DNA of 64,000 nucleotides from Myxococcota bacterium (GTDB lineage: Bacteria > Myxococcota_A > UBA9042 > PHBI01 > JAWLBL01). The position numbers were made by a program, and so were the translations under genes. The notes beneath the pieces were generated by a model that had not been told where the DNA came from, did no database searches, and saw only the letters and a list, made by a program, of their open reading frames with translations. Shown here in pieces: positions 39,320 to 48,762 of the stretch (its first letter is position 1; each line of letters starts with the position of its first letter). The DNA lies in NCBI GenBank assembly GCA_041687695.1, contig JAWLBL010000018.1, forward strand, positions 64,001 to 128,000, written 5' to 3'.

Positions 39320-42300
39320 ATGCGCATGCACAGTGACGCCGAGACGGGGCGCGAGCAGCGCCGGTCGCGGGAGACGCCGGGCCAGGCTCCGGTGCGTCCC
39401 GCCGTCCCCAGCGATCCGACCTCGTTCGTGCTGGCGCTCGAGCGGCTCGGGGCCGATCCGCGCCGGCTGGACGAGTACCTGGCCGAGGGCCTGCGCGCCG
39501 GGCTGGTCGGCGCGGCGGACGTGCAGCGGATCGAGGCGCTGGTCGGCGGCCGGGCGGCGTCGCGCGCGCTGCACCCCGAGGCGGCCGATCGTCTGGGCCG
39601 CGAGGTGGGGGTCGATCCGCGGGCCGTCCGCGTCAGCGCCGAGATGCCGGGCGCCTTCCTGCGCGCCGGGATGGGCGCCGCGGCCGTGGGCGCGACGGTG
39701 GTCGCCCCCGAGGGGACCTTCCAGGAGGAGCAAGGCGTCGGGCTGGCGCTGCTGCGGCACGAGCTGACCCACGTCCGGCAGCACCTGGACGCGAGGACCC
39801 CTGCGGCCATCCACTTCGACGCGGGGCGCACGGCGGCCGAGGGCCAGGCCCGGGCGGCGCAGACGCGGGTCGACCCGACCGCCGCCGAGGAGATCGAGGC
39901 GGTGCGGCGCGCCCACGGCGCCGAGGCCGCGCGGGTGCGCGAGATCCTGGGGTCGCTCATCGTCACCGACGGCGACGTGCACCGGGTCCTGCGGGTGCTG
40001 TCGCACTGGGACTCCGACACCATCACCTCGTTCTGGCGCGGGCTGCCCGGGCGCTTCGTCGAGCGCCTGTTCGGCGAGCTGGACGCCTCGCACTTCCGGC
40101 AGCAGCCGCGCGAGATGCTGGCCTCGGCGCGCGCGCTGACCGTGCAGCGGCGCTTCCAGCTCATCCGCGAGTGGTCGAGCACGGGCCTGTTCAACGGGGT
40201 GAACGAGACCGAGGCGCTGGCCATCTTCTGGGTGCTCCAGGGGCTGCCGCGCAGCAGCCTCGAGGCCTTCATGCAGCTCGACGGGGGCGACAGCTACCGC
40301 GCCTACCGCCGCAGCCTGCCGGCCGACGCGCGCCAGCGCCTCGAGGCGGGCATCAACCCGCAGCTCGAGGCCCAGCTGCGGCGGCAGGAGGAGGGCCGGC
40401 GCCGGGACGCGGCCGCCGAGGAGGAGGCGCGGCGCCAGCAGGCGGTGGTGAACGGGGTCGTCGGCCGCTGCCGCGAGCTGCTGTCGACCGGGTTCACCGA
40501 CTGGGCGGTCACCGACGGCGACGCGCGGCGGGTCTTCCAGATCCTGTCGGGGCTGGCCGACGAGGCGGCCCTGGGCGCCGCGGTGCGCGACCTCGAGGCC
40601 ACCGGGCACATGGCGGTGTGGGTCGACAACCTGCCGGCGGCCGAGGCCTACCGCCGCCCGGACGTGCGTCACTTCCTGCGCATCGTGCGCCACCGCCCGC
40701 CCGAGGCGGCCATCGAGCAGGCGATGGGGCTGCTGTCCTACGGCCTGTTCGACTGGGCGGTGACCGACGCCGAGGCGGTCGTCGCCTATCACCTGATCCG
40801 GGGCCTGCCGCCGTCGGCGCAGCACGCCTTCCGCATGCGCGACGGCAACCAGTGGTTCGTGCGCATGGAGCGCAACCTCACCGGCGACGTGCTGACCGGG
40901 CGCGAGGGCGCCGAGGGCGGCTACGGCCTCATCGACGGGGGCGGCGAGGCGGACGTGGCGCGCCAGGAGCGCGAGCGCGCCGACGACACCGCGACCGTGC
41001 AGCAGCACCAGCCCGAGGTGGAGGCGCTGGCGCAGCGCATCCGGGACGCGAACGCGACGACGGCCCCCGGCGTGCTGGCCGACCTGTGCGGCGACGGCGG
41101 CGCGCGCTGCCGGGCCTTCACCCGTCACCTCGAGCGGCTCGGGCTGGTGGTGCGCCTGCTGGACCGGCTGGGCGACGCGCGCTGGGCGCCCGACAACCGC
41201 CACAAGACCCTGGCGGTGATGCGCCACCGGGATCCGGCCCACAACCTGCATCACATCCGCGAGCTGCTGACGACCTGGCTGTTCGACTGGGAGATCACCG
41301 CGCCCGAGGCGCGCCTGGCCTACGAGTGCATCCGGGCGCTGCCGCCCGAGACGCGGCGCCAGTTCATCGCGATGGAGCCCGAGTGGTTCGCCGCGATGGA
41401 CGAGAACATCTCGCGCGAGCTGCGCGAGTCCGAAGACTTCGGCCTGTACGACGGGAGAGCCTCGGGCGACCGGGCGGCGCTGCTCGGCCAGCTGCTGGAG
41501 CCCGAGCTGTGGCAGGCGTCGAGCCTGGGGCGGCTGCGCATGGTGCTGCACATGGTGCGCCAGGCCGGCGAGCGGCAGGCGGCGGCGCCCCACGTCCAGC
41601 GCCACTTCGCCGACAGCGACGCCCACCGGCAGCTCTTCGTCGAGTTGGGTTACGCGCCCGACGGGCGGCTCGTCCCCGAGCAGGTCATCGATCGGACCGA
41701 CGCCAACACGCTGCGCCTCATCGGGGCGGCGCTGGGCACCCTCGTCGACACCGAGCACGCCAGCAGCTTCATCTTCTACGCCCTGGGCTTCCGCGACTCG
41801 GGCTCGCTGCGCGGCCTGCCGCTCGACCGCGCGCAGGACATGTTCGGCGGGCACCTGATGGGCGTGCGGGTCGCCCAGGTCGAGCACACCGAGGACGCGG
41901 CGGACCAGCAGGACGCGGCCGAGCTGGACGCGCTCGTCGACGAGGAGCGGGGCCTCGTCGAGGCCGAGATCGCGTCGCTGCCCATCGAGAACATCAACCT
42001 GATGATGGGCTCGAACACGCTGCGCACCGGGCGCGCCCAGGTGACGGGCCTGCGGCTGCGCGTGAAGTGGGCCACGGACGTCGACCCCGAGACCAGCTTC
42101 GTCCTGTCGCTGGGCGGGCTCGAGGTGAGCGACGCCATGCTGGTCCAGGAGGACCGCCTCTACGGCGTCGGCCGCATCGCCCTGAGCGGGCTCGAGATCC
42201 GAGGCGAGCGCCCCGACCCGCAGGTGGTCGAGCGCGGCGACTCGACCCTGGCCGACGTGATGAAGGCCCTGGGCCGGGTGGTCGAGGTCGTCTTCATGCC

Positions 42301-45300
42301 GCTGACGCTGCCGCTGGGCCTGTCGAGCCTGCTGCGCGACTTCGGCGGCCTGGTCGAGACCATCCGCACGTCGTTCAGCGAGCACGTGAACCTACGCCTG
42401 AGCCTGGGCAGCCTGGTGGTGCAGGACGTCGTGGACAGCCGCGGCGGCCACGTCGAGCAGCTGGGCCTGGGCGGGGTCGAGCTGGACATCGTGACCAGCC
42501 CGCTGGCCCGGGTGCGCCAGCAGCTGGCCGAGCTGCGGCGCGCGGGGGCGGGCGCCGCGGACCCGGCACGACAGGCGCAGCTGGCGCAGCTCGAGGCCGA
42601 GGAGCGCGAGCTGGCCGAGGCGGAGCGGCGGCTCGAGGCGCTGCGCCAGCGGCGCGCGGACCCGTCGCTCGACGCCGAGCGGCGCCGGGCCGACGAGGAA
42701 GAGATCCAGGCCCTGTCGCGCCGGGTCGAGGTGCTCGAGGTGCAGGGCTCGGTCCGCGGCGGGCTGCACGTGCAGGGCGCCAACATGGGTGGGCTCGAGG
42801 CCGAGCGGCTCGAGGTCGGCGATCTGACCGTCTCCGGGCGCGCCGAGGGGGTCGACGCGCTCGCCGGCCTGACCGACCGCGGGGCGCTCACCTCGGACGC
42901 GCGGGCGGCCGGGCTGCGGCCCGACGACGAGACGACGCCCGCGATGGCGGGGGCGCTGACGGTGACGGCGGGGACCGTGTCGGGCGAGGGCGTCGCCTTC
43001 GGCTCGACGCAGCCGCGGCACCTGGCGCTCGACGCCATCATCGCCGAGCTGGCGCCGCGCCTGTCCGCGGGGACGCTGAACGAGGACGACCGCACGCGGC
43101 TCGAGGCGGCGCAACGCGAGCGACGGGCGCTGACGCCCCACGTAGCGCGGCTGGCCCAGCTGCAGGAGCGCTTCGCCACCCTGAACGAGACCGAGCGCCG
43201 CGAGTACCTCGAGATCCAGGGCCTGCTGCGGCAGCCGCCCAGCCTGCGGGTCGAGCGGCTGGCGCTGACCAACGCGTCGATCGACGTCGATCCGACCGGG
43301 CCGGCGGTGGGGCTGCGCGCCGACGGGGCGAGCCTCGAGGGGCTCGAGTTGGGCGGCGTGCAGGTGGGGAGCCTGTCGGCCTCGGGGCTGCAGCTGGGCT
43401 ACGACGGCTCGGGCGACGGCAGCGCGACGGTGGCGGCCGACGAGGCGGTGCTGGGGCAGGTCGACCAGGTGGGGCGGCTCGAGCGGCTGCGGGCGCGGCG
43501 CGCGGCGCTCGAGGCGCTCGAGGTCCGGTCGCCGCGCGACGAGGGCGAGCTGCGCGGGGTGGTGGAGCAGCTGGCGCTGTACGAGCGGCTGGCGGCCGAG
43601 GTGGCCGAGCTGACGGCGCGGTGGGACGCGGTGCCCGAGGGCGAGCGCGGGTCGGCCGAGAGCGTGGCCCTGCGGCAGCGGCTGGCGCGGCGGGCGAGCG
43701 AGAAGGCCAGCTGGGAGGGCGGGGCGCACGCCGACGCGGTCGAGGTGCGGGACGCGCACCTGCGGATCGGGGGGCTGACCACCTTCGCGGAGACGGGCGG
43801 CGGGCTGACCGTCGAGGGGCGGCAAGAGGAGGGCGAGGCGAACGGGCGCATGGCCGGCGAGGTGACGCTGCGCGGGGTGCGGCAGGGCGACACGTCGGTC
43901 GAGCAGGTCACGCTGCGCGATCTGGGGGGGCAGGTCCGGATCGTCACGCCCGACCACTACCGGGTCGAGGGGCTGCGGCTGGGGAGCCTGACGGTCGCGG
44001 GCATCGACGCGCGCGGGGGCGGCAGCCATGTCCAGGTGCGCGAGCAGGTGCAGCTGAGCGGGCTCGAGGTCAGCCTGGACCTGCGCTGGCACCAGGTGCG
44101 CGAGGGCGCGGCGCTGGTGCGGCGCATCGAGCGGGTCGAGGTGCCGCGGCTGCGGCTGGACGAGCTGCGCGGGCGCGGCATCGACGCGACCACCGCCAGC
44201 GGCCGCTTCCATCTGCGCGACGGCGCGCTGCGCGGCATCCATGTGACCGACCTGGTCTTCGACGGGGCGAGCGGGACGACGACCTTCGGGCGGGTCGCGG
44301 CGAGCGGGCTGACCCTGGAGGACCTGCGGGCGCACACCGCCGACGGACTGCGCGCCTCGGTGGGCAGCCTGCGCACGGGCGACATCGCGGTCTCCAGCGT
44401 CCAGGCCGGGGCCTATACGATCGACATCGACGCCATCTTCGGGGACGACATCCGCTACGACGCCGAGGGGATGGGCCTGACGGTGGCCAACCTCTCGGGC
44501 GGCAGCGTCCGCGGGCTGGAGTACGACACCAACAGCGGCCGGGTGGTCTTCCCGAACATCCACCTCGACGCGCTGACCCTGTCGCGGGCGAGCTGGAGCG
44601 CGCCGCCCAAGCACCTGGGCATCGGCACGCGGCTGACGGCGCGCGGCGTCGACATCGCCGGCCGGGCGAACCTGCGCACCGAGGCCGAGCGGCGGAGCCC
44701 CGACGAGGGGGCGCTCGAGTCGCTGGACCTGTCGTCGGTGGTCATCCGCGAGGCGAGCTTCCAGGGGCTGACCTACCGGGACGACGCGCTGGGGCGGCAG
44801 ATCGAGGTCCGCAGCGGCTCGCTGGCCAACCTGCGCGTCACGAACCTGCACCTGGACGCCTCGGCCCTGACGGCGCGGGTCGACCTCGGCAGCTCGCGGC
44901 TCGAGGGCATCGACGCGGCCATCGGCGAGGCGATGCGGGTGCGCGGCGACCTGGCGTTCGACGGCTTCGGCATCGATCTGCTGCGCTCGGGCGGCATGGC
45001 GCTGGACATCGACAACCTGTCGACGCCGGATCTGCAGCTGCAGCTGGGCACGCGCGCCACCGGCATCAACGTGGTGAACCTGGCGGGGTCGACCGGGATC
45101 TACGGCCGGGTCGAGATGGAGGGGCAGACCACGCGGCTGCGGCGGTTCGAGCTGGGCGACCTGCGCCTGTCGCAGCTCGACTGGCGGGCTGGCGGGATGC
45201 GGCTGCGGTCGTCGCGCGCCATCGGGCTGTACGACGTGCGCTTCGACGCCGAGCTGGTGCAGGGGACCGACGAGGCCGGCGAGTCCGTCCTGGAGCGGGC

Positions 45301-47308
45301 GTCGGTCTCGCGGCTGCACGTCGGCCTGGTCGACGTCGAGCACCTGACGGCCTCCGACGGGGACAGCACCTTCACCATCAACCGCGAGATGCAGGAGTCC
45401 GGCTCGCTGGTGGTGGTCAACATCGACGTCGACCAGCTGGACTGGACGCCGGGCGGCGGCCTCATCGGGTCGCCGATGACCATCAGCCACGTCGGCTGCC
45501 ACGAGCTGGGCGTGCAGATCGGCGCCGACCTGCGCGCGCAGGCGGACCTCGACGCGCACGGCATCCAGGTGCAGTTCCTGCAGGGCGGGCGCATCCGGAC
45601 GCGGGTCTCCGAGCTGGACCTGGCCGTCGAGGGCGAGCAGGGCGGCACCGAGTTCGGCGCGCGGCTGGAGGGGGCCGACACGGGCGAGATCGAGGTCGGG
45701 CCCAACGAGATCACGGTCCCCGGCCTGCGCATCCCGACGCTGACCCTGAGCCGCATGGCGATGGACAGCGACGCCATGGGCTTTCGCCTGCAGCCGGGCG
45801 GGCAGGTGCGCCTGACGTCCATCGCCGCGGACCTGACCGTGCACCGCCGCCCCAACCCCACGCGCGGCCAGTCCTCGATCGACCGCATCGTGGTCCGGCG
45901 CCTGCACGTGCCGGCCGTCACCGCCAGCGGCTTCGAGCTGGATCTGAAGAGCCAGGGGCTGCAGGTCTCGCTGGGCGCCGAGCACACCGGGACCGTGTCG
46001 GATCTGCTGGTCGAGGACTACGTGGTCCAGGCGCCGGCGACCCCCGACGGCACCTGGCGCACCAGCGGCCGCGCCAGCACCGGCGCCATCGACCTGCCGC
46101 GCCTGCGCCTGGCGATGAGCGGCACCCAGTTCTTCAGCGACCTCGCCGTGCGCTCCATCGCGATGCGCGAGCTGTCCGACGGGCGCCGCACCATCGACGT
46201 CATGGGCGTCACCGCCGACAACGTCGAGGGGCAGACCGGCGGCTCGAGGTTCGGGGTCCAGGGCATCGACGTCGCCTCGGTGCGCGTGCAGAGCGACGAA
46301 GACGGCAGCTCGACCACCGTCGGCGAGACGAGCGTGCGCGGGCTGACCTACAGCGACGGCAACGTCACCCTCGAGATCGCCTCGGCCGCCCTGCCCGACG
46401 GCGTGCAGCTACCGGCCAGCGGCCCGGTCACCATCCCCGAGCTGACCATCCAGCAGGCGCAGCTGCGGATCGGGAACCTGGGCGCCCTCGCCGGCGGCGG
46501 CGGCGGCGGCGAGGCGGGCCCCGGGGTCGACATGTCCTTTTTGGACTCGCTGCAGGGGCACCTCAACTTCCGCCTGGTGGTCACCTACTTCCTCGACCAC
46601 TACGGGCTGCGCAACCTGCGCCGCACGGTGGAGCTGCCCATCCGCAACGGCGCCATCGACTTCGCCTCCGCCGAGGACCAGATCCTGGGCGGGCTCGAGG
46701 ACGCCGCGGTGGACTTCGAGTTCGACGACGACACGGGCCTGCTGCGCCTCGAGGTCGACTACGTCGTCGGGCACTCCGACCTCATCCACTGGAGCCTGGA
46801 CGAGGAGGGCCAGGAGCTGGCCGAGCGGGACCGCATCCGGCTGCGCGACCTGGCCCGCGCTCGGATGGTCCCCAGCGACAGCGACGGCGACTCGCCGATC
46901 GAGCTGTTCTACGCCAACATCGAGGACATCGACGCCCGGCTCGACATCCGCCGCCCCACCACCATCGACCTGGGCCCGCGCGGGCGCATCCACCTGCTCG
47001 AGGACGGGCTGGTCGGCCTGACCGCGCGCGGCGCCATCCGGACCAGCGGCAGCGGCAACCACGTCGCCTCCGCCCTCAACCTCGGCCTGGCCGAGGCGAA
47101 CGCCCGCCTCGAGAACCTGAACCTCAACGGCGCCCTGCTCAACCTCGAGCACCTGCACCTCGGGCCCATCACCGACGTGTCCATCGGCTTCCGCAGCTTC
47201 AACCCGCAGGCGATGAGCGGCACGCTGACCTCGGCCCGCGCCCGCAACATCCGCGTCACCCTGCCGCCGTCGGGCGGCGGGGCCGCGCCGCGCCGGCCGC
47301 GCCGCTGA
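39320..47308 (+). CDS. Giant (~2662 aa) protein: DUF4157-like HExxH domain, helical DWAVTD repeats, long beta-rich region with coiled-coil inserts
   Basis: ATG 42 nt after the AAA stop, with consistent high-GC3 coding. LHPEAADRL..VRV...LALLRHELTHVRQH (HELTH at 39758-39772). Confidence 0.85.
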   Translation: MRMHSDAETGREQRRSRETPGQAPVRPAVPSDPTSFVLALERLGADPRRLDEYLAEGLRAGLVGAADVQRIEALVGGRAASRALHPEAADRLGREVGVDPRAVRVSAEMPGAFLRAGMGAAAVGATVVAPEGTFQEEQGVGLALLRHELTHVRQHLDARTPAAIHFDAGRTAAEGQARAAQTRVDPTAAEEIEAVRRAHGAEAARVREILGSLIVTDGDVHRVLRVLSHWDSDTITSFWRGLPGRFVERLFGELDASHFRQQPREMLASARALTVQRRFQLIREWSSTGLFNGVNETEALAIFWVLQGLPRSSLEAFMQLDGGDSYRAYRRSLPADARQRLEAGINPQLEAQLRRQEEGRRRDAAAEEEARRQQAVVNGVVGRCRELLSTGFTDWAVTDGDARRVFQILSGLADEAALGAAVRDLEATGHMAVWVDNLPAAEAYRRPDVRHFLRIVRHRPPEAAIEQAMGLLSYGLFDWAVTDAEAVVAYHLIRGLPPSAQHAFRMRDGNQWFVRMERNLTGDVLTGREGAEGGYGLIDGGGEADVARQERERADDTATVQQHQPEVEALAQRIRDANATTAPGVLADLCGDGGARCRAFTRHLERLGLVVRLLDRLGDARWAPDNRHKTLAVMRHRDPAHNLHHIRELLTTWLFDWEITAPEARLAYECIRALPPETRRQFIAMEPEWFAAMDENISRELRESEDFGLYDGRASGDRAALLGQLLEPELWQASSLGRLRMVLHMVRQAGERQAAAPHVQRHFADSDAHRQLFVELGYAPDGRLVPEQVIDRTDANTLRLIGAALGTLVDTEHASSFIFYALGFRDSGSLRGLPLDRAQDMFGGHLMGVRVAQVEHTEDAADQQDAAELDALVDEERGLVEAEIASLPIENINLMMGSNTLRTGRAQVTGLRLRVKWATDVDPETSFVLSLGGLEVSDAMLVQEDRLYGVGRIALSGLEIRGERPDPQVVERGDSTLADVMKALGRVVEVVFMPLTLPLGLSSLLRDFGGLVETIRTSFSEHVNLRLSLGSLVVQDVVDSRGGHVEQLGLGGVELDIVTSPLARVRQQLAELRRAGAGAADPARQAQLAQLEAEERELAEAERRLEALRQRRADPSLDAERRRADEEEIQALSRRVEVLEVQGSVRGGLHVQGANMGGLEAERLEVGDLTVSGRAEGVDALAGLTDRGALTSDARAAGLRPDDETTPAMAGALTVTAGTVSGEGVAFGSTQPRHLALDAIIAELAPRLSAGTLNEDDRTRLEAAQRERRALTPHVARLAQLQERFATLNETERREYLEIQGLLRQPPSLRVERLALTNASIDVDPTGPAVGLRADGASLEGLELGGVQVGSLSASGLQLGYDGSGDGSATVAADEAVLGQVDQVGRLERLRARRAALEALEVRSPRDEGELRGVVEQLALYERLAAEVAELTARWDAVPEGERGSAESVALRQRLARRASEKASWEGGAHADAVEVRDAHLRIGGLTTFAETGGGLTVEGRQEEGEANGRMAGEVTLRGVRQGDTSVEQVTLRDLGGQVRIVTPDHYRVEGLRLGSLTVAGIDARGGGSHVQVREQVQLSGLEVSLDLRWHQVREGAALVRRIERVEVPRLRLDELRGRGIDATTASGRFHLRDGALRGIHVTDLVFDGASGTTTFGRVAASGLTLEDLRAHTADGLRASVGSLRTGDIAVSSVQAGAYTIDIDAIFGDDIRYDAEGMGLTVANLSGGSVRGLEYDTNSGRVVFPNIHLDALTLSRASWSAPPKHLGIGTRLTARGVDIAGRANLRTEAERRSPDEGALESLDLSSVVIREASFQGLTYRDDALGRQIEVRSGSLANLRVTNLHLDASALTARVDLGSSRLEGIDAAIGEAMRVRGDLAFDGFGIDLLRSGGMALDIDNLSTPDLQLQLGTRATGINVVNLAGSTGIYGRVEMEGQTTRLRRFELGDLRLSQLDWRAGGMRLRSSRAIGLYDVRFDAELVQGTDEAGESVLERASVSRLHVGLVDVEHLTASDGDSTFTINREMQESGSLVVVNIDVDQLDWTPGGGLIGSPMTISHVGCHELGVQIGADLRAQADLDAHGIQVQFLQGGRIRTRVSELDLAVEGEQGGTEFGARLEGADTGEIEVGPNEITVPGLRIPTLTLSRMAMDSDAMGFRLQPGGQVRLTSIAADLTVHRRPNPTRGQSSIDRIVVRRLHVPAVTASGFELDLKSQGLQVSLGAEHTGTVSDLLVEDYVVQAPATPDGTWRTSGRASTGAIDLPRLRLAMSGTQFFSDLAVRSIAMRELSDGRRTIDVMGVTADNVEGQTGGSRFGVQGIDVASVRVQSDEDGSSTTVGETSVRGLTYSDGNVTLEIASAALPDGVQLPASGPVTIPELTIQQAQLRIGNLGALAGGGGGGEAGPGVDMSFLDSLQGHLNFRLVVTYFLDHYGLRNLRRTVELPIRNGAIDFASAEDQILGGLEDAAVDFEFDDDTGLLRLEVDYVVGHSDLIHWSLDEEGQELAERDRIRLRDLARARMVPSDSDGDSPIELFYANIEDIDARLDIRRPTTIDLGPRGRIHLLEDGLVGLTARGAIRTSGSGNHVASALNLGLAEANARLENLNLNGALLNLEHLHLGPITDVSIGFRSFNPQAMSGTLTSARARNIRVTLPPSGGGAAPRRPRR

Positions 47309-47310
47309 CC

Positions 47311-48762
47311 TCAGAGGTCGCTCAGGGTCTGGGGGGCTGGCGTCAGCGCGCGCGGGCCCTCGGCGAAGGTGGCGCGCAGGCGGCTGGCGAGATCGGGGCC
47401 CGGCTGCAGCGGCACGGTGAACGCGACCGGCACCACGCCCGCACCGGAGGTCGCGCCCTCCCGCCACAGCTGCAGCGCCACCAGGTCGGGGCCGCTGGAC
47501 AGCTGCCGGCGCGCGAAGGCGACCGTGGCGCGACCGGCCCCCGCCGCGCCCAGGGCCAGGGCCGGGGGAGGCGGCAGCCGCGCGATGGCCAGCTCCTCGG
47601 CCTCGAGGGTCGCCCGCGACGACGCGTCGTCGGCCAGGGCGCCGAGCAGGGCGTGCCGGGCCGCGTCGGTCGCGCGGTCCTTCACCGGCCCCCAGAGCAC
47701 CCCGTCGGCCCGCACCAGCAGCGTCAGGCCCGACGAATACCCGTCGCCGGGGAAGGTCAGGGTGTGCTCGACGTCGAGCCACAGCGCCCCCGGCTCGGCC
47801 GGCGGCCGCGCCGCCGGGGCGACCCACAGCCGCGCGTGAGCCCCCTGGACCAGCGGTGACGCCGCCGGCGGCGTGGGAGCGGCGGGCGCCGCGAAGGCGG
47901 CCAGCTCGTCCGGGGTGGTGTCGATGACCAGCGCGCAGCCGTCCGGGGCGCCGACCCGCAGGCGCAGCGCCTCGACCTCCGCGCCGTCCAGCACGCCGGC
48001 CGGCGTGGGCAGCGCGACCGTGGACCCGTCGCCGCCGGTCTCCAGCCGAGACACCGGCGCCATCGCGAAGACGCGGGCGCAGGTCCGGCCCGGGACCACA
48101 TCGCAGGCGTAGCGCCCCAGCGCCTCCAGGCCCTCGGTCAGGTGCTGGCGCCGGCGCTTGGCCAGCTCGGCGGCGGGGGGCCTCGGACCGCGCAGCGCGG
48201 GGTCGAACAGGCCCAGGGTCAGGACCCGGGTCGCCGCGTCGACCGCCACGCGCAGGTCGCCCTCGACCTTCCCGGGCCGGCCCTCGGGCCGCGTCAGCCC
48301 CGCCAGCCGCCACAGGGCGGCGCCCTGCGCCGGGACCCACCACTGGCCCCCCTGACGGCGCAGCGGCAGCGCCGTGACCGGGACCTCGGGCCTCTGCGCG
48401 CCCGTCACCTCGAAGCTCACGACCTGCGCGCGCGCCCCCTCGAGCGGCGTCGCCCCCAGCCGCGCCGCGATCCGCTCGGCCGGCAGCGTCCGCGTCCGCG
48501 CGCGCAGCGCCACCCCCTCGAGCACCGCCCGCCGCACCGCCTGCCGCTCCTGCTCGCTCGCCTCGTCACCCGCCTGCGCCAGCGTCTGGCAGGCCTCGGC
48601 CAGCCGCCCGCTGCGCGCCAGCTCGACGGCGCTGCTCGCGCAGCCGGCGCCCAGCCCCGCGCCCCCGAGCAGCCCCGCCAGGACCCACCCCCTCAGGGTC
48701 GAGCGCCGCGCCCGCGTGGCCCGGGGACCGCCAATCTCGCACTCCTCGCTCGATCTCCTCAC
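47311..48762 (-). CDS. Putative lipoprotein
   Basis: GTG start overlaps the upstream TGA (GTGA), with GGAGG upstream. Basic n-region then WVLAGLLGGAGLGAGC lipobox. Confidence 0.6.
   Translation of the reverse strand: MRRSSEECEIGGPRATRARRSTLRGWVLAGLLGGAGLGAGCASSAVELARSGRLAEACQTLAQAGDEASEQERQAVRRAVLEGVALRARTRTLPAERIAARLGATPLEGARAQVVSFEVTGAQRPEVPVTALPLRRQGGQWWVPAQGAALWRLAGLTRPEGRPGKVEGDLRVAVDAATRVLTLGLFDPALRGPRPPAAELAKRRRQHLTEGLEALGRYACDVVPGRTCARVFAMAPVSRLETGGDGSTVALPTPAGVLDGAEVEALRLRVGAPDGCALVIDTTPDELAAFAAPAAPTPPAASPLVQGAHARLWVAPAARPPAEPGALWLDVEHTLTFPGDGYSSGLTLLVRADGVLWGPVKDRATDAARHALLGALADDASSRATLEAEELAIARLPPPPALALGAAGAGRATVAFARRQLSSGPDLVALQLWREGATSGAGVVPVAFTVPLQPGPDLASRLRATFAEGPRALTPAPQTLSDL

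Noticed and set aside
40171..47859. 2562-aa alternate-frame ORF and other long overlapping/antisense ORFs (e.g. 1225-3936, 28688-31942, 39125-42385, 42392-45985)
   Set aside because: Stop-poor shadow frames expected at this GC content, with low-complexity R/A/G/P composition and no motifs.
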